Source of the DNA: a bacterium
GTDB lineage: Bacteria > SAR324 > NAC60-12
Direction: 5' to 3'
Assembly (NCBI GenBank): GCA_965205865.1
Contig: CBDBHR010000028.1
Coordinates: forward strand, 96,001-160,000
Length of the DNA stretch: 64,000 nucleotides
In this document: one piece after another, positions 29,632 through 40,606 of the stretch
How positions within the stretch are numbered: the first letter of the stretch is position 1
Layout: each line of letters starts with the position of its first letter
The notes under the pieces: generated by a model
The model's input: only the letters and a program-made list of their open reading frames with translations
Told to the model about the DNA's origin: nothing
The model's database searches: none
Made by a program: the position numbers and the translations under genes

Positions 29632-30654
29632 ATGTCTTTCAATACGCCAATACAGTTTTTCCAATCAGGAGAATTGGATAAGATCTTTGCTCCAATACAG
29701 GCGGAGTTGGACCTGGGAAAACAAGCCATTCAGAACAATTTGGACGGACAATTGCCTTTGTTGGCAGAGGTGATTGATCATATCCAGGCTGCCCAAAGAA
29801 TTCCTTTGCGATCTATTCTGCTGGCATTGAGTGCTCGCCTTTTCTCCTATACAGGAAGCGAAGTGCCTCACGTTGCCAGCGTATTGGAATATTTGAACAC
29901 GGCAGCGGCTCTCCATCAAAAAATCATATTGACCGAAGAGTTTCGACGTAATCAGAAAGATCTGTCAAATATCTGGGGCAATGAAGCTAGCGTCCTCTTG
30001 GGAGACTATTTGTTGTCCATCGCATTTAAAACCATGACACGCTTAGGAAATTTCGAATTGTTGGATACGATTTCCGCAACGACCCAATCAATTGCGCGAG
30101 GTCAGGTTTTATCCATTTCCCCATTCTTCTGGAAAGATGCCGAATCCCATGCCTTAGAAGTCATCCGCAATAAAAAAGCTAGTTTGTTTATGGCAGGAGT
30201 CAAATGCGGGGCTATATTGGGTAACGCCAGTCAGGAAATCCAGCAGGCGCTCAACGACTTCGGATCCAATCTGGGAATGGGAGTTGTATTGAAAAAAGAA
30301 CTATCCCATATGCAAAATCTCGACCTGACGATTGTGGCATTTGAGAAAAACAATCTACAATTTCCATTGTCTGCACTCATGCAGCAAATGCATGCCCGAG
30401 GACAGCAGGCTGACTTGGAACAACTTTTGTCGAATTTGGCGCAAGAGAATTTCTCTGAGGCATATGGGGAAAAGCTGCAATCCTTTCTTCGTGAGAACCG
30501 GATCTATGATTACACGCAGAAATTAATTGCAAATTATCTAGACGAAAGTGAGAGAGCTTTGATCCCACTGACCCACTTGGATACATCTTCCATGCTCAAG
30601 CTTGCGCATTCGCTGCTTGGTCCTGATGCAGTTTATCCAAGAAATGGGATGTAG
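29632..30654 (+). CDS. Polyprenyl synthetase-like protein lacking the DDxxD motifs
   Basis: WGNEASVLLGDYLLS, IARGQ and NKKASLF match IspB; FARM reads LHQKIIL, SARM reads KKELS. Confidence 0.8.
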   Translation: MSFNTPIQFFQSGELDKIFAPIQAELDLGKQAIQNNLDGQLPLLAEVIDHIQAAQRIPLRSILLALSARLFSYTGSEVPHVASVLEYLNTAAALHQKIILTEEFRRNQKDLSNIWGNEASVLLGDYLLSIAFKTMTRLGNFELLDTISATTQSIARGQVLSISPFFWKDAESHALEVIRNKKASLFMAGVKCGAILGNASQEIQQALNDFGSNLGMGVVLKKELSHMQNLDLTIVAFEKNNLQFPLSALMQQMHARGQQADLEQLLSNLAQENFSEAYGEKLQSFLRENRIYDYTQKLIANYLDESERALIPLTHLDTSSMLKLAHSLLGPDAVYPRNGM

Positions 30655-30693
30655 GCATGTACTGGTTTCAATTTTTTTGTGGTAAAGGTAAAA

Positions 30694-31620
30694 ATGAGTG
30701 AGCGGCGAGAACAACATTTAAAACGGCTGGAAAATGAGTCGATCCATATTATTCGAGAAGTAGTAGCGGAGTTTCAAAATCCGGTAATGCTATATTCTGT
30801 CGGAAAGGATTCTTCGTGTATGATACGATTGGCACAAAAAGCCTTTTATCCCGGGAAATTCCCATTTCCGCTCTTGCATGTGGACACGGGGTATAAATTC
30901 CAGGAGATGTACGAATTTCGGGATGCCTTTGCCAAGGAAATCGGCGCCACTTTGCTAGTGGAGCGTAACGAAGAAGCCATCCGCAACGGAGCCCATCCTC
31001 AAAAGCTGGGAGCGGATAAATGCTGTGCTCAATTAAAAACTCGAGCTCTACTGGATGCATTGAAAAAACATGGGTTTGATGCGGCATTTGGCGGTGCTCG
31101 ACGAGATGAAGAAAAATCGCGGGCCAAGGAACGCATCTTTTCTGTTCGTGATGAATTCGGTCAATGGAATCCCAAAGACCAGCGTCCTGAACTTTGGAAT
31201 TTATACAATGGTGAAATCAACCCTGGGCAATCCGTACGCGTGTTTCCTTTGAGCAACTGGACGGAAGCCGACATCTGGCAATATATCAAACAGGAAAAAA
31301 TCCCTCTGGTGCCGCTCTATTATGCCCGGAAACGCAAAGTCGTTGTGCGCAGTGGAATTACAATCCCATTGGATCTATATGATGTGGTGGACCCGGCGGG
31401 TAAAGAGCCTGTGAAGGAAGAGGAAGTGCAAGAGACAATGTGCCGCTTTCGTAGTTTGGGCTGCGCTCCTTGTACCGGCGCCATCCAATCAAAAGCTCAA
31501 ACATTGGATGATATAATCGATGAAGTATGGCAAGCCAGGAAGTCGGAGCGGGAAAATCGCATCATTGATTTAACCAGTGATTCCTCCATGGAACAAAAAA
31601 AACGGGAAGGGTATTTTTAG
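30694..31620 (+). CDS. cysD: Sulfate adenylyltransferase subunit 2
   Basis: [30 protein letters not shown]. Confidence 0.97.
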   Translation: MSERREQHLKRLENESIHIIREVVAEFQNPVMLYSVGKDSSCMIRLAQKAFYPGKFPFPLLHVDTGYKFQEMYEFRDAFAKEIGATLLVERNEEAIRNGAHPQKLGADKCCAQLKTRALLDALKKHGFDAAFGGARRDEEKSRAKERIFSVRDEFGQWNPKDQRPELWNLYNGEINPGQSVRVFPLSNWTEADIWQYIKQEKIPLVPLYYARKRKVVVRSGITIPLDLYDVVDPAGKEPVKEEEVQETMCRFRSLGCAPCTGAIQSKAQTLDDIIDEVWQARKSERENRIIDLTSDSSMEQKKREGYF

Positions 31621-33509
31621 TGCAGGAAAGAGCAAAATCATTGTTGCGCTTTACTACGACCGGCAGCGTCGATGATGGCAAATCCACCTTGCTGGGGCGG
31701 CTTTTGTATGAAACGCGCTCCATTTTCGAGGACCAGTATGCCTCTATTGCGGAAACCTCGAAACGCAGGGGCAAGAAAGATGTCGATCTGGCTTTGTTAC
31801 TGGATGGATTGGCTGCTGAGCGCGAACAGGGGATTACGATCGATGTGGCCTATCGTTATTTTTCCACGAAGAAACGAAAATTCATCATTGCCGACACTCC
31901 GGGTCATGAGCAATACACCCGTAATATGGTCACTGGAGCTTCCACGGCCGAATTGGCAATTATATTGATTGATGCCAGCAAAGGAGTGTTGACACAATCG
32001 AAACGTCATGGTTTTCTCCTCTCGCTTCTGCAGGTCCCCCACCTGGTTGTGGCGGTCAATAAAATGGATCTGGTCGATTATTCCCAAGAGGTATATGAAG
32101 CAATCGTACAGGACTACCTGGCATTTTCCGAGAAATTAGACATCCATGAAATCACCTTCATTCCGGTTTCCGCGCTCAAGGGAGACAATGTGGTCTCCAA
32201 GAGTTTCCACACTCCCTGGTACGATGGAGAAACGCTGTTGCACCACCTGGAAAACGTCCATGTCACATTGGATAAAAATTTAATAGATTTTCGATTTCCC
32301 GTGCAACTCGTCCTCCGTCCGGATTCGAAATTTCGGGGGTTTGCCGGAACAATTTCCTCTGGCACAATTCGGGCAGGAGAGGAAATTGCCGTGCTTCCTA
32401 CCGGGAAAACTTCTAAAATCAAGGAAATTCTAACTTATGATGGAGTGCTTGAAGAAGCCCGTAATGGACAAGCCGTGGTGTTGCAGCTTGAAGATGAAAT
32501 TGATATCAGCCGGGGCGACATGTTTGTACGTCCCCAGAATCTGCCTCATGTGAACAACCACTTCGATACCCACCTTTGCTGGATGGAGGAGCAACCGCTT
32601 TCCCTCACCAATCATTACCTTCTCAAAAACGGCACAAGAATGGTGAAGGCTTATATTTCTCGTATTCACTATACCGTGGACGTCAACACGCTTCATCGAC
32701 AAGAAGGGGTGTCGACCTTTCAATTGAATGAAATTGGCAGGGTGGAAATCCAAACAATCCAACCTCTTTTTTTTGACACATACCGGAAAAATCGTGCAAC
32801 CGGAAACTTTATTTTGATTGATACCGAAAGCAACCGAACGGTTGCGGCAGGGATGATTCGGGGATTGGTTACGTCTATTGACGATATTGTACAACCTGCC
32901 AAGACTCAAATATCTTCTAATGTGGTTTGGCAGGAAGCCAGCGTTGACCTGGAACATTATATTGGTAGAAACGAACACAAACCTGCAATTTTGTGGTTCA
33001 CGGGTTTGCCTGGCTCCGGCAAATCTACTGTTGCGCGCGCTTTGGTGAAATGGTTGTTTGAGCGGCATTGCGCTGTCGTCATGCTCGACGGTGACAACGT
33101 GCGACACGGGCTCTGTGGAGATCTTGGCTTTTCCATAGAGGAACGTAGTGAAAACATCAGGCGTGTCGGGGAAGTGGCAAAGCTTTTTTATCAAACCGGG
33201 CATGTTGTGGTTTGTACCTTCATCTCTCCGCTCATTGAAGATCGGCAACTGGTACGCTCCATGTTGGATGATCAAGGTTTTTACGAAATCTATGTCAAAT
33301 GCGATCTGGATGTTTGTATCCGTCGTGATCCTAAAGGACTCTATGCCCAGGCTCTTGCAGGAAAAATTTCTGATTTTACCGGAATTTCGTCTCCTTACGA
33401 AATACCTGCATCAGCAGAAATCGTAATTGAAACCGAGGTTCAATCAGTTGAGCAATGCGTGGAAAGGATCTTTGACCAAATTCAAGATATATTTCTAAGC
33501 AGAAATTAA
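31620..33509 (+). CDS. cysNC: Bifunctional sulfate adenylyltransferase subunit 1 / APS kinase
   Basis: GSVDDGKST, DTPGHEQYTRNM; C-terminal WFTGLPGSGKST, LDGDNVRHGL. Confidence 0.96.
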   Translation: MQERAKSLLRFTTTGSVDDGKSTLLGRLLYETRSIFEDQYASIAETSKRRGKKDVDLALLLDGLAAEREQGITIDVAYRYFSTKKRKFIIADTPGHEQYTRNMVTGASTAELAIILIDASKGVLTQSKRHGFLLSLLQVPHLVVAVNKMDLVDYSQEVYEAIVQDYLAFSEKLDIHEITFIPVSALKGDNVVSKSFHTPWYDGETLLHHLENVHVTLDKNLIDFRFPVQLVLRPDSKFRGFAGTISSGTIRAGEEIAVLPTGKTSKIKEILTYDGVLEEARNGQAVVLQLEDEIDISRGDMFVRPQNLPHVNNHFDTHLCWMEEQPLSLTNHYLLKNGTRMVKAYISRIHYTVDVNTLHRQEGVSTFQLNEIGRVEIQTIQPLFFDTYRKNRATGNFILIDTESNRTVAAGMIRGLVTSIDDIVQPAKTQISSNVVWQEASVDLEHYIGRNEHKPAILWFTGLPGSGKSTVARALVKWLFERHCAVVMLDGDNVRHGLCGDLGFSIEERSENIRRVGEVAKLFYQTGHVVVCTFISPLIEDRQLVRSMLDDQGFYEIYVKCDLDVCIRRDPKGLYAQALAGKISDFTGISSPYEIPASAEIVIETEVQSVEQCVERIFDQIQDIFLSRN

Positions 33510-33592
33510 TCCACCTTTTTTCGCGGCTTTCACGGTTAGCTGACATGAGTGGTAAGAGAGCCGGCTTTTTGGAATATTTATCGGAATAAAAA

Positions 33593-34729
33593 ATGCGTCT
33601 TTCCCATTTGGAAACTCCCTGTTTGATCTTGGAAAAAGGCAAACTTCAGCAGAATATCACTACAATGCGACTACATTTGAAGAAGTTGAATGTGGGATTG
33701 CGGCCTCACGTCAAGACTGCCAAATGCATGGAAGTCATTCGTTTAACGCTGGAGGGGCAACCGGGGGGCATTACGGTTTCGACTTTGAAAGAAGCAGAGT
33801 ATTTTTTTGAAAGAGGCATCACCGACATTCTGTATGCGGTCGGTATTGCTCCGGTCAAACTGGAACGGGTCGCAGAACTAAGAAAAAAAGGGGCGGAACT
33901 CACGATATTGCTAGATACGCCCGATCAGGTGAAAGCAGTGGCAGCCAGAGGTGAGGAATGGGGGATGATTTTTCCCGCATTAATTGAGATTGACTGCGAT
34001 GGGCATCGATCTGGCGTCCAGCCGGATGATCGCGCTTTATTGATTGAAATCGGACAGCTCCTGCATAATCATCAATACACGGAACTGCGGGGCGTGATGA
34101 CCCATGCGGGAGAATCTTACAACTGTTATACCTTGGATGCTCTCGAACGCATTGCGACGCGAGAACGCAATGTCATTTTAAGCTGTGCTCAGATATTGCG
34201 GGAAGCAGGTTTGCCCTGCCCGGTGACCAGTGTGGGTTCCACTCCCACTGCCTTTTTTTCCAAGGATTTCAGTGGAATTTCCGAAGTCCGCGCCGGGGTG
34301 TACATGTTTCATGATCTTACTATGGTAGGCTTGCAGACGTGCCGGATCGAGGACATTGCCATTTCAGTCCTGGCATCGGTCATCGGAACTCAAAAAGAAA
34401 AAGGATGGATCATCACCGATGCCGGTTGGATGGCTTTATCCCGGGATGTGAGCACCGCCAGTCAACCTGTTGATCAGGGATATGGACTGGTGTGCGGAAT
34501 CGATGGCCGAGTCTCTGAAGATTTGATAGTAGCAGAAACCAATCAAGAGCATGGCATTCTGGCAAACCGATTCAACAATCCTTTGGACTATGAGCAATTT
34601 CCCATCGGGACCCCCCTTCGCATTTTGCCCAACCATGCTTGCGCCACTGCCAGCATGCATGACCGCTATCACCTTGTGGATGGCACCACAGAAGTTTTCG
34701 AGGTCTGGCACCGCTTCAATGGATGGTAA
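33593..34729 (+). CDS. DSD1-family PLP enzyme (D-serine dehydratase / D-threonine aldolase-like)
   Basis: LRPHVKTAK, GSTPT, NQEHG, ILPNHAC. Confidence 0.9.
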   Translation: MRLSHLETPCLILEKGKLQQNITTMRLHLKKLNVGLRPHVKTAKCMEVIRLTLEGQPGGITVSTLKEAEYFFERGITDILYAVGIAPVKLERVAELRKKGAELTILLDTPDQVKAVAARGEEWGMIFPALIEIDCDGHRSGVQPDDRALLIEIGQLLHNHQYTELRGVMTHAGESYNCYTLDALERIATRERNVILSCAQILREAGLPCPVTSVGSTPTAFFSKDFSGISEVRAGVYMFHDLTMVGLQTCRIEDIAISVLASVIGTQKEKGWIITDAGWMALSRDVSTASQPVDQGYGLVCGIDGRVSEDLIVAETNQEHGILANRFNNPLDYEQFPIGTPLRILPNHACATASMHDRYHLVDGTTEVFEVWHRFNGW

Positions 34730-34805
34730 ACACGGACTGTAAAGTCAAGAAACCACGGTGCTTATTTCCTCGTCTTCGCATAAATCAGGAAAAGAGGGAC
34801 GTCTC

Positions 34806-35894
34806 TCAAAAAATGGCTTTTTCTGAGCTTGTGTCAAAAACGTGCAATGCTTCGGTATTGAAGGTGACCTGCACGCCAGCACCCCTATCAGGCATGTCTT
34901 TTCCATCCACCTCGGCCATGATTTCATGACTGCCCATCTTCAGATCCAATAAGGCGATTGCGCCGAGCAATTCGGTCACTTCCACACTGGCATTAAAATT
35001 CCATTCGGCAGGAGTGTTCTCCTGGACCAGACCGACATCGTTGGGGCGAATACCGACAAACACCTGGCTATTGGGTCTCACTTGATGCCCTTCTTTTTCA
35101 GGAAGGGTGAATTTGAAGGAATCCGACTCCAAAACCAGACTGCCGTTTGCGCTTTGGACTTTCATGGGGATAAGATTCATGGCGGGACTGCCAATAAAAG
35201 TAGCGACAAAAATATTGTTCGGACTATTGAACACTTCTTTGGGAGAGCCAATTTGTTCAATATATCCGTCTCGCATGACCACAATCCGGTCTGCTAGCGT
35301 CATGGCTTCCACTTGGTCATGAGTCACATAAATCGTAGTGGTTTTCAATTGTTGGTGAAGCTTTTGAATCTCCAGACGCATTTGGGTACGAAGTTTAGCA
35401 TCGAGGTTGGAGAGAGGTTCATCGAAAAGAAAGACTTCCGGGGTGCGGACCATGGCGCGACCCATAGCAACTCGTTGCCGTTGTCCTCCGGACAAAGCAG
35501 CGGGACGCCGTGCGAGGAGTTGTCCTAATTCCAAAATGTTGGCCACTTCGTCCACTTTCCTTTTGATTTCCGCTTTTGGCATTCTTTGCAGTTTGAGGCC
35601 AAAAGCCATGTTTTGTTCCACCGTCATGTGAGGATAGAGGGCATAATTTTGGAAAACCATGGCAATTTTACGATCTTTGGGAGCCACGTCATTGACCACT
35701 CGTTCTCCAATCTTGATTTCTCCGGCAGTGATATCTTCCAAGCCTGCTACCATACGCAGGGTGGTGGATTTTCCACAACCGGAAGGGCCGAGTAAGACCA
35801 TAAATTCGTCGTTTTTGATATCCAGGTCAATGCCGTGAACGACTTCCAAGTCCCCAAAACTTTTTACAACTTTATTCAAATTCACTGTTGCCAT
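34806..35894 (-). CDS. Sugar ABC transporter ATP-binding protein (UgpC/MalK-like)
   Basis: GPSGCGKST, LSGGQRQR, DEPLSNLDAKLR, TOBE-like tail. Confidence 0.93.
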   Translation of the reverse strand: MATVNLNKVVKSFGDLEVVHGIDLDIKNDEFMVLLGPSGCGKSTTLRMVAGLEDITAGEIKIGERVVNDVAPKDRKIAMVFQNYALYPHMTVEQNMAFGLKLQRMPKAEIKRKVDEVANILELGQLLARRPAALSGGQRQRVAMGRAMVRTPEVFLFDEPLSNLDAKLRTQMRLEIQKLHQQLKTTTIYVTHDQVEAMTLADRIVVMRDGYIEQIGSPKEVFNSPNNIFVATFIGSPAMNLIPMKVQSANGSLVLESDSFKFTLPEKEGHQVRPNSQVFVGIRPNDVGLVQENTPAEWNFNASVEVTELLGAIALLDLKMGSHEIMAEVDGKDMPDRGAGVQVTFNTEALHVFDTSSEKAIF

Positions 35895-36198
35895 GTTTCT
35901 TCTCCAAAAAATAGTTTTTCAAATTCATAGAGATTCTTCTCTATCAGAACACCAGAAATGATTGCTTCCACGTCACTTTGAGTATTGAAATTTCAAACTC
36001 TTCAAGTCCTGCGCTATTAAAAATTAATCAGGATTCCCAACGCTTTGGGTTGTCAATAAAGGTTTTGTTGTATACCACGATTTTATCATATACACAAAAA
36101 ATGCTGTAATGTCATCCCTTCAAATCAATAAATTTTACGCCTCTCTTCATAAAATTTGAATTATAATATAAAAGTGGACCGGATTGTCCATACCTTCT

Positions 36199-38898
36199 TC
36201 ATAAAGATATTCCTCGCATTCCCCGGCTGAGTTGATAGATATGGTTGTCGCGGGAATTGTTTTTAGGCATATATTCCCGCGACAGAACCGATATCAACAT
36301 GTCGAGCAGTTGCATACTCCCCCGCTGGAAGTCCTGGGGCAAAATTAAGTCGAAGTCTTCCTGAAAAGGATTGTGGCGGCTACCTGACCAAGTAGCTTGC
36401 ACCACGGGGATCATCGGATGAGAACCAATTGGGCGATTTTTCAAAAAAGTAAAAATAATCTGTGTACCGCTTCCACCAATGCCTGTCAAGGTTTCTTCAA
36501 TGGTAGCGGCTGCGGAAGCCATCACATGAAAGCCGGGTGTTCGCAACTGTTGGCCATACGCCAGGGTGGGTTGAGGGGATTCTACTAGAATTGACTGTCT
36601 GGCAGGTTTCGACAACAATGAAGAATCTTCTGGGACAACGACAGAGAGCCCACCATCCAACAACTTCTGGCAAAATAAGATCAGTGCGCACTGCAGAAAT
36701 TCTGGCAGTGGGCCTCGTGTGAGGAGACCCACTCGGGTGCCCTTGGCGTCCACCGTTTCAAGGCGGCTCTCGGAAAGATCAGGTTGGGATTGACACCAAG
36801 AGACGGCCTTTTCTAAAACACTGTCGATCCCTCCATCGAGTTGAATACTGAACCATCCTATCTTTTCCGCATCACCTCCTAGTTTTTCCAATTCCTGGCG
36901 CATGTATGCATTATGAGTTTTTTCGCAGCCATGCTCCAGGGAGACGGCAAGCGCAACATTTGGATGCAAAAGATGACTCAGGTTGGTGCGCACAAAAGTC
37001 TCCAAATTGGTTCCTCCGGAAAATCCGCATCCTTCCGTATGCGGTAGGGCTACGAATCGTGATATTCGCAGATGACGAGCGATTCCTTGACGATTGAGTC
37101 GATCTGCCAGAATTTTTGCGATTTCTCCCGCACACAAACTGGTGGGCAAGACCAGTCCCACCCGGTCCGCTTGATAGCCCTTCTTGCTGTGAATCGCCCG
37201 GTAACGAATCGGTGTGTCATGGATTTGATAACTCAACGGCAAAGGGTTTCCTGGCAACAGATCTTCTGATTGCAGAGAGAGAAGATCCATGGAGTCGTCA
37301 AGATACCAATTGCGCCAAAGATTTACTTGAGAATGCCCGGCCTTTTCTCCTGCGGATTTTTCTCCGGACAATACGTTTAAGGTCAACTCCAAGGTTTGCT
37401 TACCCAATGAATCGAGGGATTCTCCTTCCAAGTATCGTCCGGCATTGATATCAATGTCCCCGTGGAGCAAGTCAAAACGTTCCGTGGTAGTCATGATTTT
37501 CAAACTCGGCACAAAGGGGAAATTAGTAATGGCGCCATTGCCTGTGACAAAATAAATGAGATTAGCACCGCTGGCTACTTGACCGGCAATGCTCTCGGGA
37601 TCATTGCCGGGGCTGTCCATGAAGTAGAATCCCGGTTCTGTCATGGGCTCTGCATATTCGATCACGTGGTCGAGTCGTACGTCCGGATGCCGTTTTCGCG
37701 CGGCACCAATAGATTTGATGGCAATATTGTACAAACCCCGAAATAAATTTCCGCCGGAAGGATTGCCTTCTGCCGAATGCCCATGCCGATGAGTCCAGGT
37801 CTTGAATCGCTCAGACATAGCAAGGAATTTTTCTGCAACTTCCCGATTCCTCACGTTTTTCAAAACGTACGCTTCCGATCCGATCAATTCATCGGTCTCG
37901 GCCAGGTTTGCGGCGCCGCCATGGCGGATGATTTCTCTCCCCATCCAGGAAGCCAAAGGATTTCCTGATACCCCTGAAAAGGCATCAGAGCCCCCACATT
38001 GCAGAGCTATTTTCACCTTACTGAGTGATTGGGGGGTGCGTTGAAATCGATTTACTCGAGGCAGCCATTGGTCGATCACATCCTTGGCAAGGGATTGTGC
38101 TTCATCATAAGAAGTATCGATTCTAAAAAATTGATGGAGGACTTCGTCTATGGGATAGTGATGCTCTCCTAAATATTCTTTCAAGGTCTGGTTGTTGATG
38201 ACTTCATCCCCAAAATCGACGCTCAATACGGCTCCCACATTGGAATGGATAAAAAAACCACTCAGTGTACGGAGTAACAGAGCCTTGTTGTTGGGAGATT
38301 CTTCAGTTGCGCCTTCGGTATGAGCAACAGGAACCACTCCATCAACATTGGGATAACGGTTAAACAGCCGAGTTGCCGCAACTGCGTTGAAAGACGCGGC
38401 GAGATTGCGAACAAAACCTGCCGTACGCGCACTTGTACCTAAAACGATAATATAATTGCGGGTTCCTATTCCGCGAAGACCTCGGTCAAATCCCGCAAAA
38501 AACTTTTGCTCCGGGGAGAGCAACACTTGCTCTCCTATTTTCAAATCCTTATCCAAGTTGACAGGACGGATGTAATTCTCAAAATTAGGAGATGATGGGA
38601 ACTGGGAGGCCATGGAACGTTTTGCAAACTCTTCCAGCACCATGGTGTTGCACAAATAATCTCCCGGATGAATGGTCGAAAGCGCCCTCCCAAAAGGTTG
38701 TCCCCAGGAATAAATGAATTCACCTTCCAAAATCGTTTTCACTGCAAAACGATGCGCCAGAGGAGTGGAATTGGAAATTACAATTTCTGATTCTTGATAT
38801 TTGACGATAGTGCCTGCTTCGATTGCTCTTACTGCAATGGCGGAATTGTCGTCGGCATCAGGAAGTCTTGCAATGTTTTCAAAAAGTTCTGTAATCAT
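36199..38898 (-). CDS. Long UxaA/GarD-family dehydratase with internal duplication
   Basis: SAF domain, GTRNY, HTEG, LQCGGSDAFSG, GNPSGGN; second LPHTEGCG..HGCE module. Confidence 0.85.
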   Translation of the reverse strand: MITELFENIARLPDADDNSAIAVRAIEAGTIVKYQESEIVISNSTPLAHRFAVKTILEGEFIYSWGQPFGRALSTIHPGDYLCNTMVLEEFAKRSMASQFPSSPNFENYIRPVNLDKDLKIGEQVLLSPEQKFFAGFDRGLRGIGTRNYIIVLGTSARTAGFVRNLAASFNAVAATRLFNRYPNVDGVVPVAHTEGATEESPNNKALLLRTLSGFFIHSNVGAVLSVDFGDEVINNQTLKEYLGEHHYPIDEVLHQFFRIDTSYDEAQSLAKDVIDQWLPRVNRFQRTPQSLSKVKIALQCGGSDAFSGVSGNPLASWMGREIIRHGGAANLAETDELIGSEAYVLKNVRNREVAEKFLAMSERFKTWTHRHGHSAEGNPSGGNLFRGLYNIAIKSIGAARKRHPDVRLDHVIEYAEPMTEPGFYFMDSPGNDPESIAGQVASGANLIYFVTGNGAITNFPFVPSLKIMTTTERFDLLHGDIDINAGRYLEGESLDSLGKQTLELTLNVLSGEKSAGEKAGHSQVNLWRNWYLDDSMDLLSLQSEDLLPGNPLPLSYQIHDTPIRYRAIHSKKGYQADRVGLVLPTSLCAGEIAKILADRLNRQGIARHLRISRFVALPHTEGCGFSGGTNLETFVRTNLSHLLHPNVALAVSLEHGCEKTHNAYMRQELEKLGGDAEKIGWFSIQLDGGIDSVLEKAVSWCQSQPDLSESRLETVDAKGTRVGLLTRGPLPEFLQCALILFCQKLLDGGLSVVVPEDSSLLSKPARQSILVESPQPTLAYGQQLRTPGFHVMASAAATIEETLTGIGGSGTQIIFTFLKNRPIGSHPMIPVVQATWSGSRHNPFQEDFDLILPQDFQRGSMQLLDMLISVLSREYMPKNNSRDNHIYQLSRGMRGISL

Positions 38899-39171
38899 GT
38901 CATTGCTCTCAACGAACGGATTGGTAAGAAGAACTAAGGTGCTGGTTCACTTGTATGTCAAATTCACTTGAAAACCTCAATTGAGATGCGGGAAAGGTAC
39001 GCAATCGGTTCCGTCATCTCTCTTTCACGGGCTATTTCTGAAACTTCCATGAAGCATCAAGGGAAATAGTATATATAGAATCCCAAAGCAACTGCCAGGA
39101 AAATAAGGAGCAGCAATTTGAAAATCACATGCCGTGCCGCACGATCTTTCATAAGTTCTCAATTTTATCAT

Positions 39172-40338
39172 TCATACAAAAGCACTGATCCCAGTGATGT
39201 GTTTGCCTAGTACCAAGGTGTGGATATTGTCGGTGCCTTCGTACGTGAATGTGGATTCCAGATTCATCATATGCCGGATGACCGGATATTCCAGGCTGAT
39301 GCCGTTGGCGCCCAGCAGATTTCTGGCTATTCTGGCAATATTCAAAGCCTCTTTGCAGGCATTCTTTTTGGCCAGAGAGGTCATCACGAAAGAGTCCTTT
39401 CCTTCATCCTTGAGTTGCCCCAAGCGCAAATTGACCAACTGCGCTTTGACAATTTCGGTTAACATGGCCGCCAGATCTTTTTGAATCAATTGGAAGGAAG
39501 CTAAAGGTTTACCAAATTGGTTTCGCTCCGTCGTATAGCGTACAGCCATTTCATAGCAGTCGATCGCAGCCCCCACCGCCCCCCAAGCCACTCCATATCT
39601 GGCTTGATTGAGACAACTGAGTGGGGCTTTCAATCCCTGAGCATGGGGTAGGAGGTTCTCATCCGGAACGAAGCAGTCGTCCATCACCAATTCACCCGTT
39701 GCAGAAGCTCGCAGTGACATTTTCTTTTTAATTTCGAGCCGCTTGAATCCCTTGAATTCTTTTTCGAGGAGGAATCCCCGAATTCCTTTATCAGTTTTTG
39801 CCCAAACCAACGCTAAGTCTGCAAAGGGACCATTGGTGATCCACATTTTAGTCCCATTGATAATCCATCCACCTGCCGTCTTTTTGGCAAAGGTGCGCAT
39901 ACTGCCTGGATCCGAGCCCGAATCCGGTTCAGTCAATCCCATACATGCCACCCACTCTCCACTCGCCAACTTCGGGAGATATTTCATTTTTTGTTCTTCA
40001 CTACCATAGGTGAAAATTGGAAACATGCACAAGGAACTCTGTACGGATACAAAACTTCGCAATCCTGAATCTCCCCGTTCCAATTCCTGATTCACAATGC
40101 CATAACTCACATAACTGCTCCCATTGCCTCCATATTTTTCCGGGAAAGTGACGCCCAATAGGCCCAACTCTCCGATCTTGGGAATCAATTCTACCGGAAA
40201 AAATCCGGCATCATAAGCTTCTGCTACGAGAGGTTTGAATTCTTTGTCGACAAATGCCTGTGTCGTCTCCCTCATCATTTTTGCTTCCTCGGACAAGCAG
40301 TCATCCAATCGAAATAAATCTTCCATATTTTCTCTCAT
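39172..40338 (-). CDS. gcdH: Acyl-CoA dehydrogenase, glutaryl-CoA dehydrogenase-like
   Basis: ELERGDSGLRSFVSVQSSL, GLTEPDSGSDP, TYEGT. Confidence 0.88.
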   Translation of the reverse strand: MRENMEDLFRLDDCLSEEAKMMRETTQAFVDKEFKPLVAEAYDAGFFPVELIPKIGELGLLGVTFPEKYGGNGSSYVSYGIVNQELERGDSGLRSFVSVQSSLCMFPIFTYGSEEQKMKYLPKLASGEWVACMGLTEPDSGSDPGSMRTFAKKTAGGWIINGTKMWITNGPFADLALVWAKTDKGIRGFLLEKEFKGFKRLEIKKKMSLRASATGELVMDDCFVPDENLLPHAQGLKAPLSCLNQARYGVAWGAVGAAIDCYEMAVRYTTERNQFGKPLASFQLIQKDLAAMLTEIVKAQLVNLRLGQLKDEGKDSFVMTSLAKKNACKEALNIARIARNLLGANGISLEYPVIRHMMNLESTFTYEGTDNIHTLVLGKHITGISAFV

Positions 40339-40606
40339 TTAGTGGTGTGGAAATCATCTTGAAGTGTTTGAAGCAGGGAGTGCTAAAAAATAGAAATCCC
40401 GGATAGAATGCAATTGCTACCAAGTAGAAAGGGAGAGGCCAATTATTTCTCCCAAGGAAATATGATGATCGGCATTGCATTAATCTCAAAAAAAATATAT
40501 ACAACTCATAATTGTTTTCCGCAAGGCTTCATAAACAACCAGAACACCAAGGCTCATGGATCATACTCAGAATCCTGAGATCAACCCAAGCAAGTAAAGA
40601 AGTGTA

